DNA of 64,000 nucleotides from Vicinamibacterales bacterium (GCA_050249955.1 JBFWPN010000004.1:224850-288849), one strand, 5' to 3'. Shown: positions 17,960-26,814, counted from the stretch's first letter. The notes: generated from the sequence alone by a model not told the origin. Made by a program: numbers and translations.

Positions 17960-19366
17960 TTACTGCTGCTGGGTGCCGGTCGTCGGCTTGACGCCGTTGG
18001 TGACGCCCTCGCCGTACTTGGCGACGCGCTCGGCGTATTCCGCATCGTCCAGGTAGACCACGTTCATCCAGGCGTGGGCCATCTCGTCGACCGTGCGGTC
18101 ACCGTAGCCGACCCACTGGTCCGGGTCGGGGTTCGACTTGTTCGCCTTCGTGTTGTCGTAGTACGCCGTGACGTGGATGATGGTGCCCTTCGGGAAGACC
18201 GGCGACGCCTCGTCCGTGTAGATGTAGTTGGTCATCCAGTTGAAGTTGAAGTCCTTCACGTAGCTGACCACCTGGGTCCGGCCGTCGGGGAAGATCGCCT
18301 CGACCTGCATCGCCTTGCCGCGCAGGTGGAAGTGCGGCTGGAAGTTCGTGATGATCGTGTTCTGGCGCAGGACGGTGAAGCCCTCGGTGTGCGCCACCGA
18401 GTTCGGCGGAATGTCGAGGCCGGCCGTGCCGTTCTTGAGGCCCGTGAACGGGATCAGGTAGCTGCGCTTCTTCGGCTCCTGGCCTTTCGGGTAGAGCCAC
18501 AGGCCGATCTCCGACCCACCGGTGATGGCCTCACCAGCCGCGTGAATGTGCTGGTCCCAGGAAATCTTCTCTCCCGGCATGATGACCTTGCCGGTGCCTT
18601 CGAGGTAGCGGTCGTAGCCCTTGCCGATCGCCCACTCCATCAGCGAGGGACGACGGGCCACGAGGTCGGCTGCCGCCTGCGAGGCGGAGCCGGACACCGA
18701 GATCTGGCGACCCTGGCTCGGGTTGACGGCAGCGGCGTTCTCGGGGCTGAGGATGTGGTACGCGATCGAGTGGTGCAGGATCTTGCGCGACTGGATGTTG
18801 GTCGGACGAATCTCGACCATCTTCACCCAGCGGGGTTCCGTCACCGGAATCTCGCTGATCGGGCGCCACCACTGGTCCTGCGAGACGGCAGGCATCGTGT
18901 ACTCCGGCGCCTTGACGACGATGTCCGGCGGGCCGTAGCCATCGCGCTCGCCCATCCAGAACAGGTCCTTCGCCACCGGCTTGGCCTTGAAGTCCGACGG
19001 GTTGCCCTCGAGGGCGCCGCCGTCGACCCAGGCCACGACCGTCGCGACCTGCTCGTCGGTCAGCGACATGTCGTTCTTGAACTTCTGCACGCCGACCGAG
19101 CGGTCGATGTGCCACGGCGGCATCTGCCGCGATTCGACACGCTGCTTGATCGAGCGGGCCCACGGACGCGCGTCCTGGTAGGTGACCAGCGACATCGGGC
19201 CGATCGAGCCGGGCTCGTGGCACGACTGGCACTTGGCCTGGAGGATGGGTGCCACGTCCTTGCTGAACGTGACCTGCTTCTGCTGCGCGGCTGCCGTGCC
19301 AGGGAGGGCGATGACCGCTCCGAGAACGAGCGCGCCAGCTCCGAGGTGAATCGTCGAACGTGCCAT
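17960..19366 (-). CDS. exported cytochrome c domain fused to PHM/DBH-like (copper type II monooxygenase-like) two-domain scaffold, paralog 1
   Basis: Signal peptide. CQSCH heme-c motif at residues 46-50, in a planctomycete-type cytochrome c context (FSKDVAPILQAKCQSCH). Then HH (198-199), HxH (273/275), HFH (345/347) and Met (429/434), with spacings similar to the PHM CuH/CuM ligands. Confidence 0.85.
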   Translation of the reverse strand: MARSTIHLGAGALVLGAVIALPGTAAAQQKQVTFSKDVAPILQAKCQSCHEPGSIGPMSLVTYQDARPWARSIKQRVESRQMPPWHIDRSVGVQKFKNDMSLTDEQVATVVAWVDGGALEGNPSDFKAKPVAKDLFWMGERDGYGPPDIVVKAPEYTMPAVSQDQWWRPISEIPVTEPRWVKMVEIRPTNIQSRKILHHSIAYHILSPENAAAVNPSQGRQISVSGSASQAAADLVARRPSLMEWAIGKGYDRYLEGTGKVIMPGEKISWDQHIHAAGEAITGGSEIGLWLYPKGQEPKKRSYLIPFTGLKNGTAGLDIPPNSVAHTEGFTVLRQNTIITNFQPHFHLRGKAMQVEAIFPDGRTQVVSYVKDFNFNWMTNYIYTDEASPVFPKGTIIHVTAYYDNTKANKSNPDPDQWVGYGDRTVDEMAHAWMNVVYLDDAEYAERVAKYGEGVTNGVKPTTGTQQQ

Positions 19367-19435
19367 TGAAGGCTCCTTGAAAGAGACTGAAGAACTGACC
19401 CGGACAGCATAGCGGCCGGCCGGCCACCTGGTCGT

Positions 19436-19451
19436 TATCCAAATGTGGATA
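19436..19451. promoter_or_regulatory. AT-rich palindrome TATCCAAATGTGGATA (TATC-N8-GATA), candidate operator
   Basis: Lies 70-85 nt upstream of the start codon of paralog 1. Shares 12/16 positions with the site at 21145..21160, upstream of paralog 2. Confidence 0.4.
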
Positions 19452-19490
19452 GCGACGGGCCGGGTGGGACGAGCCAGGTTGGACTGGCCG

Positions 19491-19535
19491 GAAAAGACAA
19501 AAGCACGGAGGTCCCGGGTGGGAACCTCCGTGCTT
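19491..19535 (-). terminator. intrinsic terminator downstream of 19571..20989
   Basis: On the minus strand: AAGCACGGAGGT-(11 nt)-ACCTCCGTGCTT followed by TTGTCTTTTC. Homologous to the terminator at 17887..17924. Confidence 0.6.
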
Positions 19536-19570
19536 CCGGTCGTGCCTCGCGGCGCCCTGGGGCGCCGTGA

Positions 19571-20989
19571 TTACTGCTGCTGCTGCGTGCGGGCTTCCGG
19601 CTTCACGCCGTTGGTGACGCCCTCACCGAACTTGGCGACGCGCTCGGCGTATTCCGCGTCGGTCAGGTAGACCACGTTCATCCAGGCGTGCGCCATCTCG
19701 TCGACGGTGCGGTCGCCGTAACCCACCCACTGCTCGGGGTCGGGGTTCGACTTGTTCGCCTTGGTGTTGTCGTACCACGCGCTCACCTTGATGATGGTCC
19801 CCTTCGGGAACACCGGGGCGGCCTCGTCGGTGTAGATGTAGTTCGTCATCCAGTTGAAGTTGAAGTCCTTCACGTAGCTGATGGTCTGCGAACGGCCATC
19901 GGGGAACAGCGCCTCGACCTGCATGGCCTTGCCGCGCAGGTGGAAGTGCGGCTGGAAGTTCGTGATGACGGTGTTCTCCTTCAGCACGTTGAAGCCTTCC
20001 GTGTACGCCACCGCGTTCGGCGGAATGTCCAGGCCCTCGGCGCCGTTCTTCAGGCCCGTGAAGCCCACGAGGTAGCTGCGCTTCTTCGGCTCCTGGCCTT
20101 TCGGGTAGAGCCAGAGGCCCAGTTCCGAACCGCCCTTGATCTCTTCACCCACGGCATGGATGTGCTGGTCCCAGGAGATCTTCTCTCCCGGCATGATCAT
20201 CTTGCCGGTGCCTTCCATGTAGCGGTCGTAGCCCTTGCCAATCGCCCACTCCATGATCTGCGGGCGACGGAGCGCGAGCTCCTGCTGGCTCGGGGCGGCC
20301 GAACCGGAGACGGCGGCGCCACGCGCCACCTGGACGCCGGTGTTCACGGCCGAGACGTTGTTCTCGTTCAGGATGTGGTACGCGATCGAGTGGTGCAGGA
20401 TCTTGCGCGACGCGATGTTGGTCGGACGGATTTCGACCATCTTGATCCAGCGCGGTTCCGTGATCGGAATCTCGCTGATCGGGCGCCACCACTGGTCCTG
20501 CGAGACCGCAGGCATCGTGTACTCAGGAGCGCTGATCACGATGTCCGGCGGGCCGTAGCCATCGCGCTCGCCCATCCAGAACAGTTCCTTGGCAACCGGC
20601 TTGGCCTTGAAGTCGGCCGGGTTGCCCTCGAGGGCGCCACCGTCGACCCAGGCCGAGATCGTGGCCACCTGCTCGTCGGTCAGCGACATGTCGTTCTTGA
20701 ACTTGGTCACGCCGACCGACCGGTCGATGTGCCACGGCGGCATCTGCCGCGATTCGACACGCTGCTTGATCGAACGCGCCCACGGGCGCGCATCCTGGTA
20801 GGTGACCAGTGACATCGGGCCGATCGAGCCGGGCTCGTGGCACGACTGGCACTTGGCCTGCAGGATGGGAGCCACGTCCTTGCTGAACGTGACCTGCTTC
20901 TGCTGCGCGGACGCAACGCCCGGAGCAGCCAGCAGGGCGCCGAGCACGAGCGCGCCTGCCCCGACATGGAACTTCGTCTCTGCCATCAT
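19571..20989 (-). CDS. exported cytochrome c domain fused to PHM/DBH-like scaffold, paralog 2
   Basis: 472 aa, colinear with 17960..19366 with long identical runs. The same CQSCH, HH, HxH, HFH and Met positions are kept. Confidence 0.85.
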   Translation of the reverse strand: MMAETKFHVGAGALVLGALLAAPGVASAQQKQVTFSKDVAPILQAKCQSCHEPGSIGPMSLVTYQDARPWARSIKQRVESRQMPPWHIDRSVGVTKFKNDMSLTDEQVATISAWVDGGALEGNPADFKAKPVAKELFWMGERDGYGPPDIVISAPEYTMPAVSQDQWWRPISEIPITEPRWIKMVEIRPTNIASRKILHHSIAYHILNENNVSAVNTGVQVARGAAVSGSAAPSQQELALRRPQIMEWAIGKGYDRYMEGTGKMIMPGEKISWDQHIHAVGEEIKGGSELGLWLYPKGQEPKKRSYLVGFTGLKNGAEGLDIPPNAVAYTEGFNVLKENTVITNFQPHFHLRGKAMQVEALFPDGRSQTISYVKDFNFNWMTNYIYTDEAAPVFPKGTIIKVSAWYDNTKANKSNPDPEQWVGYGDRTVDEMAHAWMNVVYLTDAEYAERVAKFGEGVTNGVKPEARTQQQQ

Positions 20990-21144
20990 TTCCTCCTAGC
21001 GACACCGGCACGGAGGCAATCCGCATCCGATGCAGCGACACCACGGGACGCTGCGCCGAACTCTGCCGGTACGAACGCGCGAATGTTATCGGAGCCGGCG
21101 GCCGGTTTCACTAAGGGAATCGTTAAAACGGGCACTTTCAGGCC

Positions 21145-21160
21145 TATCTAAATACAGATA
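21145..21160. promoter_or_regulatory. AT-rich palindrome TATCTAAATACAGATA (TATC-N8-GATA), candidate operator
   Basis: Lies about 155-170 nt upstream of the start codon of paralog 2, in a locally AT-rich intergenic region. Confidence 0.4.
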
Positions 21161-21182
21161 GGGGGACTCTCGCGGCGCGGGA

Positions 21183-21389
21183 TCACCGCCGTCGCCGGCG
21201 GCGCCTGGCCTTCAGGTTGGCGTAGAGCTGCGGGTCGCTGTGCCGCACGAGGTCGTGCCGGCTCGGGCTGGCTGGACACCGCCACGCCACCGGTTGCCCG
21301 CTCAGGAAGGCGGCCATTTCCCGCTCCCATGCGAGGAGGATCCGCGAGGCCAGCTGCTCATCGGGCTCTTCGAAGGCCACGCCGACCAC
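21183..21389 (-). CDS. possible small protein with poly-Arg tail
   Basis: C-terminal part of ORF 21183..21971, starting from an in-frame GTG at 21389. Almost every third position is G/C. Sits directly downstream of the GT87-like gene. No family recognised. Confidence 0.3.
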   Translation of the reverse strand: MVGVAFEEPDEQLASRILLAWEREMAAFLSGQPVAWRCPASPSRHDLVRHSDPQLYANLKARRRRRRR

Positions 21390-21417
21390 GCTGCAAGCCG
21401 CGGTCCTTGTCGGCGGT

Positions 21418-22659
21418 TCAGGCGCCGGGGGCAGCACTCGGCCTGAAGGCCCGCCACCACAGGCAGGCCACGACCAGTGCGCCCAGGTTGCCGGTGACCA
21501 GCGTCGCCAGCCACGGCAGACCCCACAGGTTCGGCCACAACGGCAGGACGGCCAGTGCCAGCACGGCCAGGTACGGGCCCGGGCCCGCCAGCCAGTGCTC
21601 GTGGCGACCCAGCGCCAGCGCCGCGGGCAGCGCCCACCAGATGTAATACATCCAGGCCAGGGGCGACACCAGCCACGCCGCGCACCAGAGCCCCAGCCAG
21701 GCCCGGTCCGGAGTGGCCCGCCGCAACTGCCACACGCTCCAGGCGCCGACCCCCACACAGGCCAGCCAGCCTGCCAGCCGCACACCGGCAGATGGCAGGG
21801 GCAGTGGCTGGAACACGTGCGACGGTCCGGTGACCCGCGTGACCAGCCCCCAGATCGACACGTTGCCGAACATCGACAGTTCGTCGACCGCACCCACCGC
21901 CCGCACCCAGTCGACGTACGTGCCCGGACCGAACACGACGGCGCCTGCCGCCCCGAGCCCGGCAGACACACCGGCCATCGCGGCCACGGCGCGCCAGTGC
22001 CCCCGCCACACCGGGTAGATCAGCAGCAGCCAGGGATACGGCTTGCTGCTGGCCACCACGCCGAGCCACGCACACGCCGCCACCAGCCGGTCCCGCCGCC
22101 ACGCCCGCCACCCGAGTGTTGCCGGCAGCATCAGCAGCCAGACGTACTGCCCGTACACCAGCGTCGACACCGTCGCGAGTGTCGACAGCAGCACGGCGTT
22201 CACGAACCAGACGACGGTCACGTCCCGCCACCGGATGCCGAGCTCCCTGGAGATGACGGCCAGGGAGGCGATGAACGCGCCAGCGTTGGCCGTAATCCAG
22301 ACACCGTACGCGACCCGGTCGGGCAGCGACACGAGCGGCCAGACGAGCAGGTGCAGGTGGGGGGGCGCGAGGTCGAGCAGGTCCCTGTCGAATGGATACC
22401 CCCACTGGCTCGCGACGGTCAGGTCGTAGAACGAACCTCCCGTCTGCTGCGACCGCAGGCCGTAGAGGAACAGCCCGAAATCGGTCTGCGTAACGCCCGC
22501 GTTCCGGGCCAGTGCCGTGGCATACGCGGCGACCAGCGGCAGGCAGACGACGACCCCAAAGGTCAGCACGAGGCCGTCGAACGCTGAACTGCGCTGCGCT
22601 GAATGGTTGAGCTGTGGCGGCGTGATACTCAACAATAGCCCACCACGTGCCGCCCCCAT
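21418..22659 (-). CDS. polytopic membrane glycosyltransferase, DUF2029/GT87-like
   Basis: The 887-aa ORF was trimmed to ATG 22659. About 10 TM helices rich in W/L/A. The family call is from general resemblance only. Confidence 0.6.
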   Translation of the reverse strand: MGAARGGLLLSITPPQLNHSAQRSSAFDGLVLTFGVVVCLPLVAAYATALARNAGVTQTDFGLFLYGLRSQQTGGSFYDLTVASQWGYPFDRDLLDLAPPHLHLLVWPLVSLPDRVAYGVWITANAGAFIASLAVISRELGIRWRDVTVVWFVNAVLLSTLATVSTLVYGQYVWLLMLPATLGWRAWRRDRLVAACAWLGVVASSKPYPWLLLIYPVWRGHWRAVAAMAGVSAGLGAAGAVVFGPGTYVDWVRAVGAVDELSMFGNVSIWGLVTRVTGPSHVFQPLPLPSAGVRLAGWLACVGVGAWSVWQLRRATPDRAWLGLWCAAWLVSPLAWMYYIWWALPAALALGRHEHWLAGPGPYLAVLALAVLPLWPNLWGLPWLATLVTGNLGALVVACLWWRAFRPSAAPGA

Positions 22660-22758
22660 GCGGCAGGGAGCAGCCGACCGGCCTGCCCCCGCGGGTGGCG
22701 CGGCCAATCGCTTCCGCCGACAACAGGGTGTGATGGTCCCGGTATTCAAGGAGCGGCG

Positions 22759-24111
22759 ATGACGAGAATGGCTCGGCGGGTGAAGGCGGCGGCGATGGTG
22801 GTGCTCACGTCCGCACTGTTGCTCGTATCCGGTGTGACACCGCGTGCAGAAGGGGCACCCCCGCGGCTGCGCGTGGACGCCACCGGCCGCGGATTCGAGA
22901 CGGTCACTGGCCAGCGATTCGTCTACATGGCCGACACCGCCTGGGGGCTCCTCACCGAACTCTCCAGCACGGAAGCCACCACCTACCTGAAGAACCGGTC
23001 TGCCAAGGGCATGACGGTGATTCAGATGGTGGCGGGCTGGGATCTCTGCGCCGGGTTCCGCAACTGCGATCCCGCCCGGCCGATTGCCACCTACTGGAAG
23101 AAGCTCGACGGGATCGTCACCCAGGCCGAAGGGGTGGGGCTCTACGTGGCGCTGCTCCCGATCTGGGGAACCGCGGTCGAGAACGGACGGGTGGATGCGG
23201 TGCGCATGGAGGCCTACGGCCGGTTCCTTGGCGCCCGCTATCGCCAGCACCCGCTCATCTGGATCATCGGAGGCGACACGATTCCCGCCGGCTTCGAGGC
23301 GACCTGGCGCGCCCTCGCTCGCGGCATTGCCATCGGCCAGAACGGCACGGAGACCTACGCGAACACGCTGATGACGTTCCATCCGCGCCCGTACTTCGAC
23401 GGCTCGCGCTGGTACGGCAGCTCCGCGTACTGGTTCGCCAACGAACCCTGGCTGTCGTTCACGATGCTCCAGACCGGCCACTGCCTCGCGTGTGTCACCT
23501 ACCCCTGGGTGGAGGAGGAGTACGCGCGGATGCCGGTCCGGCCGGTCATCACGGGCGAGCCGGCCTACGAACACATCCCCGACCAGCTCACCGCTGGCAA
23601 CCCGCTCATCACGGCCGACGATGTGGAGCGGTTCGCGTATGAGGCGACGTTCGCCGGTGCTCCCGGCCACGCGTACGGCGCCAACGAGGTGTACGGCTTC
23701 TGGAACCCGGGCGACCCGGCGCAGTACGGGTACGACGTGTGGGGCGCCAGCGTCCCCTGGCCTCAGGCGCTGGACTTCCCGGGCGCCTCGCGCATGGGCC
23801 TGCTGCGCGGGCTGCTGGCCGCCTATCCCGGTCGCGTCCCGGCTCCGTCCGTGCTGCTCTCGCCGAACCCGTGGGGCCAACTTCACGTCGGCGTGACCCG
23901 TGCGGCGAACGGCGACTTCGTGCTGGCCTACGTGCCCGATGGCAGCGCGATCACCATCGACACCGGTGCCCTGCGCTCGCCCACTGCGTCCTGCGCGTGG
24001 TGGAGCCCGCGCGACGGCGCCTCGGTTAACTGCGGCACGACCACCACCGGGGCCCGGGTGTTCACGCCGCCGACGCTGCATAGCTGGGTGCTGGTCCTGA
24101 AGGCGCAGTAG
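22759..24111 (+). CDS. secreted glycoside hydrolase, DUF4038/GH140-like
   Basis: Signal peptide. 'FVYMADTAWGL', 'IWIIGGD' and 'GEPAYEHI' blocks are typical of DUF4038, followed by a C-terminal beta-sandwich. Confidence 0.7.
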   Translation: MTRMARRVKAAAMVVLTSALLLVSGVTPRAEGAPPRLRVDATGRGFETVTGQRFVYMADTAWGLLTELSSTEATTYLKNRSAKGMTVIQMVAGWDLCAGFRNCDPARPIATYWKKLDGIVTQAEGVGLYVALLPIWGTAVENGRVDAVRMEAYGRFLGARYRQHPLIWIIGGDTIPAGFEATWRALARGIAIGQNGTETYANTLMTFHPRPYFDGSRWYGSSAYWFANEPWLSFTMLQTGHCLACVTYPWVEEEYARMPVRPVITGEPAYEHIPDQLTAGNPLITADDVERFAYEATFAGAPGHAYGANEVYGFWNPGDPAQYGYDVWGASVPWPQALDFPGASRMGLLRGLLAAYPGRVPAPSVLLSPNPWGQLHVGVTRAANGDFVLAYVPDGSAITIDTGALRSPTASCAWWSPRDGASVNCGTTTTGARVFTPPTLHSWVLVLKAQ

Positions 24112-24129
24112 GCGAGGCCCCCCGCGGGC

Positions 24130-26316
24130 TCAGAGCCGGAACAGGTACGACACCTTGGTGAAGAACCCCCGCTGGCTCTGCTGGAAGGCCCCGGCCCCCA
24201 CGCTCCAGCGGCCGTCCTCGAACGCGCGTCGCTCGATGAGCGACCCGTAGCCGACGTAGAAGACCGACCCCGGCCGCAGTTCGAAGGACAGCAGCGTGTC
24301 GGTGAGCACGCGGTGGCGCGAGCTGTCGTACTGCACCAGCCCGCGCAGGAACAGCTGCCGCGTGAACTGCCAGGTCGTCTTCGAGTTGACGATGTCGACG
24401 GTGTAGAGGCGGGCGCTGGTGTCGCGCCGGTCGAAGCTGACGCGGTCCACCGAGAGCGACTGAGAGAACTGGCCGTTCGGCTGCAGCACGAACCCGCCGT
24501 TCAGCCGCTGCCGCTTGCCGGCAAGCGGAGCTGCCGGGTCGTAGAAGACCGCGCGTCCCCCCTCGTAGCGACCGTCGAGCTTCAGCCACCGGAAGATCTG
24601 GACGTTGCCCCACACGCGCACGTTGCCCCGCTCGAAGCGCTGGCCGGCCCAGTGCTCGAATCCCCACGATCGGTCCACGCGCAGGAAGCCCAGGCGCGTG
24701 AAGTTGAACCGGACGCCGGTCACCTCGAGCTGCTCGCGTCCGCCCGCGTTCCGGTCGGTGCCACCCTGCGCGAAGACGAACGGTGAGATGCGCCGCACCC
24801 AGGCGAACGGGCCGCTGCCCGGGTAGAAATTGTGATCGAGGTAGGCCCATCCGCTCGTGAGACCCACGCGGTTCAGGAAGGCGCTGTCCATCTGGAACCC
24901 CCGGCTGTAGTGCTCGACGGCCCCCTGCGCCGCCATGGCGCGCGTGCTGTAGTTGTAGCTGAGGGTGCTGCCCACGCCCTCCTGCGCGGAGGTCCCCCGC
25001 GCCTGCGTCCTCGATCCGAGCACGAACCCCTCGATGCGCTGCGTAGGGGTCAGCCGCTTCGAGAAGTCGGCACCGGCCACGCGGTTCGACCGCCCGGAGA
25101 ACTCCGTGTCGGTGGCGATGGCGCCCACATACTCGCTCGGGCCCACGCTCACCTGCATGCGGCCGATGTTCACCAGGCGGTCCCTGCCGAGTGCCGGGTC
25201 GCCCGCGGCCAGCCCGCGCCCGGGTGCCTGATCCGACGCGGTGAGCGTGGCGAATGTCAGGCGTCCGCGGCTGCCCGTGAGTTTCACGCCGGCAATGGGG
25301 TCGACCACGCGCCGCGTGTGGACGGCGCGCTGCATGCTGTTGTCGCCGCCCGAGGCCGCGAGCGAGAAGATGCCCGCACCCTCCATGAAGAACGGGCGCT
25401 TCTCGGAATAGAAGACGGGGAAGCGCTGGTTCACGTCCACCTGGAAGGCGTCGCTCTCCACCTGGCTGAAGTCGGGGTTCAGGGTGGCGTCCACCGAGAT
25501 CTGCGAGCTCAGTCCGAGCTTCACGCTCAGGCCGGAGTCGGCCACCTGGTCCATCGGCGACCAGCTGGTGGGCGTGCGCCGATCCTGGCGCTCGGAGAGG
25601 CTGACGCTCGGGATGATGTCGCGCGGCAGGCGCGGGTCGAGGTGGGGCATGCGCAGTGACGCGTGCTTCTCGAACACCCACTTGCTCGGCTCGAGGGGCG
25701 GCCACGCCACCGACACACCGGTGCGGCTGACCTTGCGCCAGAACAGCACGCCCATCCGCACATCGTCGCCGCTGGCGAACCGGATGCTGCGGAGGGGGAG
25801 CTTCACCTCGACCGAGTAGCCGGTGGACGTGAGGCGGCCGGCGCTTTCCCACACCCAGTCGACGGAGGCGTCCTCGTTGCTGCCCACGGTGTTCAGCATG
25901 TCGAGCTGGATGCCGTTGGGGTTCACCATCATGTGGTAGGCGAGCTGGCCCGTGCCGGTGGCGTCGAGGCTCAGTCCCACCCAGTCGTCGGCGCCGAAGT
26001 TGTCGCGCCGCGCCACCGAGGTCTTGATGCGGGCCGGTTCAGGGTCGTCGCACTTGAAGGCGAAGTAGAGCGCGTCCGCGTCGTAGGCCACCCACACCGT
26101 GGTGGTTTGCGGGATCGCGTCGCCGTAGAGCGGCTGGTACGAGCGCCACCCGGTGGCGGCGACGGGCGGGTCGGCCCAGGCTCGATCGTCGAGGACACCG
26201 TCGATGCGTGGTGGGGTGGAGGGGTGGCCGGGAGTGATGGTGAACGCGGCAGTGTCCGCGGCTGAGGCGGCGTGCGCGAGGAGCGACGCGGCCACCAGGC
26301 ACGCCAGGATTCGCAT
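24130..26316 (-). CDS. CBM9/DUF5916-type outer-membrane protein
   Basis: Signal peptide MRILACLVAASLLAHAASA. 'PRIDGVLDDRAW' CBM9-like N-terminus. Ends in ...YLFRL. Paralog of 3952..6234. Confidence 0.8.
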   Translation of the reverse strand: MRILACLVAASLLAHAASAADTAAFTITPGHPSTPPRIDGVLDDRAWADPPVAATGWRSYQPLYGDAIPQTTTVWVAYDADALYFAFKCDDPEPARIKTSVARRDNFGADDWVGLSLDATGTGQLAYHMMVNPNGIQLDMLNTVGSNEDASVDWVWESAGRLTSTGYSVEVKLPLRSIRFASGDDVRMGVLFWRKVSRTGVSVAWPPLEPSKWVFEKHASLRMPHLDPRLPRDIIPSVSLSERQDRRTPTSWSPMDQVADSGLSVKLGLSSQISVDATLNPDFSQVESDAFQVDVNQRFPVFYSEKRPFFMEGAGIFSLAASGGDNSMQRAVHTRRVVDPIAGVKLTGSRGRLTFATLTASDQAPGRGLAAGDPALGRDRLVNIGRMQVSVGPSEYVGAIATDTEFSGRSNRVAGADFSKRLTPTQRIEGFVLGSRTQARGTSAQEGVGSTLSYNYSTRAMAAQGAVEHYSRGFQMDSAFLNRVGLTSGWAYLDHNFYPGSGPFAWVRRISPFVFAQGGTDRNAGGREQLEVTGVRFNFTRLGFLRVDRSWGFEHWAGQRFERGNVRVWGNVQIFRWLKLDGRYEGGRAVFYDPAAPLAGKRQRLNGGFVLQPNGQFSQSLSVDRVSFDRRDTSARLYTVDIVNSKTTWQFTRQLFLRGLVQYDSSRHRVLTDTLLSFELRPGSVFYVGYGSLIERRAFEDGRWSVGAGAFQQSQRGFFTKVSYLFRL

Positions 26317-26448
26317 GCCACGAATACCGACGTGCGGCCGCGCAGGTTACGTGCCCAGCCGTATGCATGCGCGTGCACGGAACCAGCTGATCTGGAATAC
26401 ACTTCTCGACAGCCCCTGACGATACGTCGGTCGAAAGGTTTTCCAGCG

Positions 26449-26790
26449 ATGCGGCTGCGTCTTCTCTCTGCCGTGCTGCTCACCACGTCTGCGTGTGCGG
26501 CGCCGTCTCCAACCGTGCCATCGGCCGGGCCCTGGCGTTTCACCGGGAACATCCTGGAGCTGAATGGCGGACGCGTGGGTGCGCCGATCGCCAATGCGGA
26601 CCTGGTGGTGGTGAGCGGCGTGAACAAGAATGCCCATGCCACCACCGACGGCAAGGGCCGATTCGTCTTTCCCCGGCTCGACAGCGGCCGGTTCACCGTG
26701 AGCATTGCGGCGCCCGGCTACGTGAGCAACGCACCGGTGGTGGATCTCTACCGCGACGTCGACGCGAACTTCGGCCTCATTCCACGCTGA
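26449..26790 (+). CDS. lipoprotein with carboxypeptidase-regulatory-like domain
   Basis: ATG 26449 within ORF 26272..26790. Lipobox LLTTSAC. 'TTDGKGRFVFPRLDSGRFTVSIAAPGY' motif. Confidence 0.7.
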   Translation: MRLRLLSAVLLTTSACAAPSPTVPSAGPWRFTGNILELNGGRVGAPIANADLVVVSGVNKNAHATTDGKGRFVFPRLDSGRFTVSIAAPGYVSNAPVVDLYRDVDANFGLIPR

Positions 26791-26796
26791 GCGCCG

Positions 26797-26814
26797 GCCC
26801 GGCTGAAGCCGGGC
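26797..26814 (+). terminator. GC hairpin after lipoprotein gene (no U-tract)
   Basis: GCCCGGC-TGAA-GCCGGGC, 7 nt after the stop codon. Confidence 0.35.

Noticed and set aside
17834-20812. Plus-strand ORFs 17834..19369 (511 aa) and 19688..20812 (374 aa)
   Set aside because: They are antisense shadows of the two cytochrome c-monooxygenase-like paralogs. Val/Arg/Asp-rich repetitive translation.
21183-22723. Alternative-frame ORFs 21183..21971 and 21302..22723 on the minus strand
   Set aside because: They overlap the multi-TM GT87-like reading frame, which has a coherent membrane topology. Only the last 68 codons of 21183..21971, outside that gene, were kept as a low-confidence small ORF.
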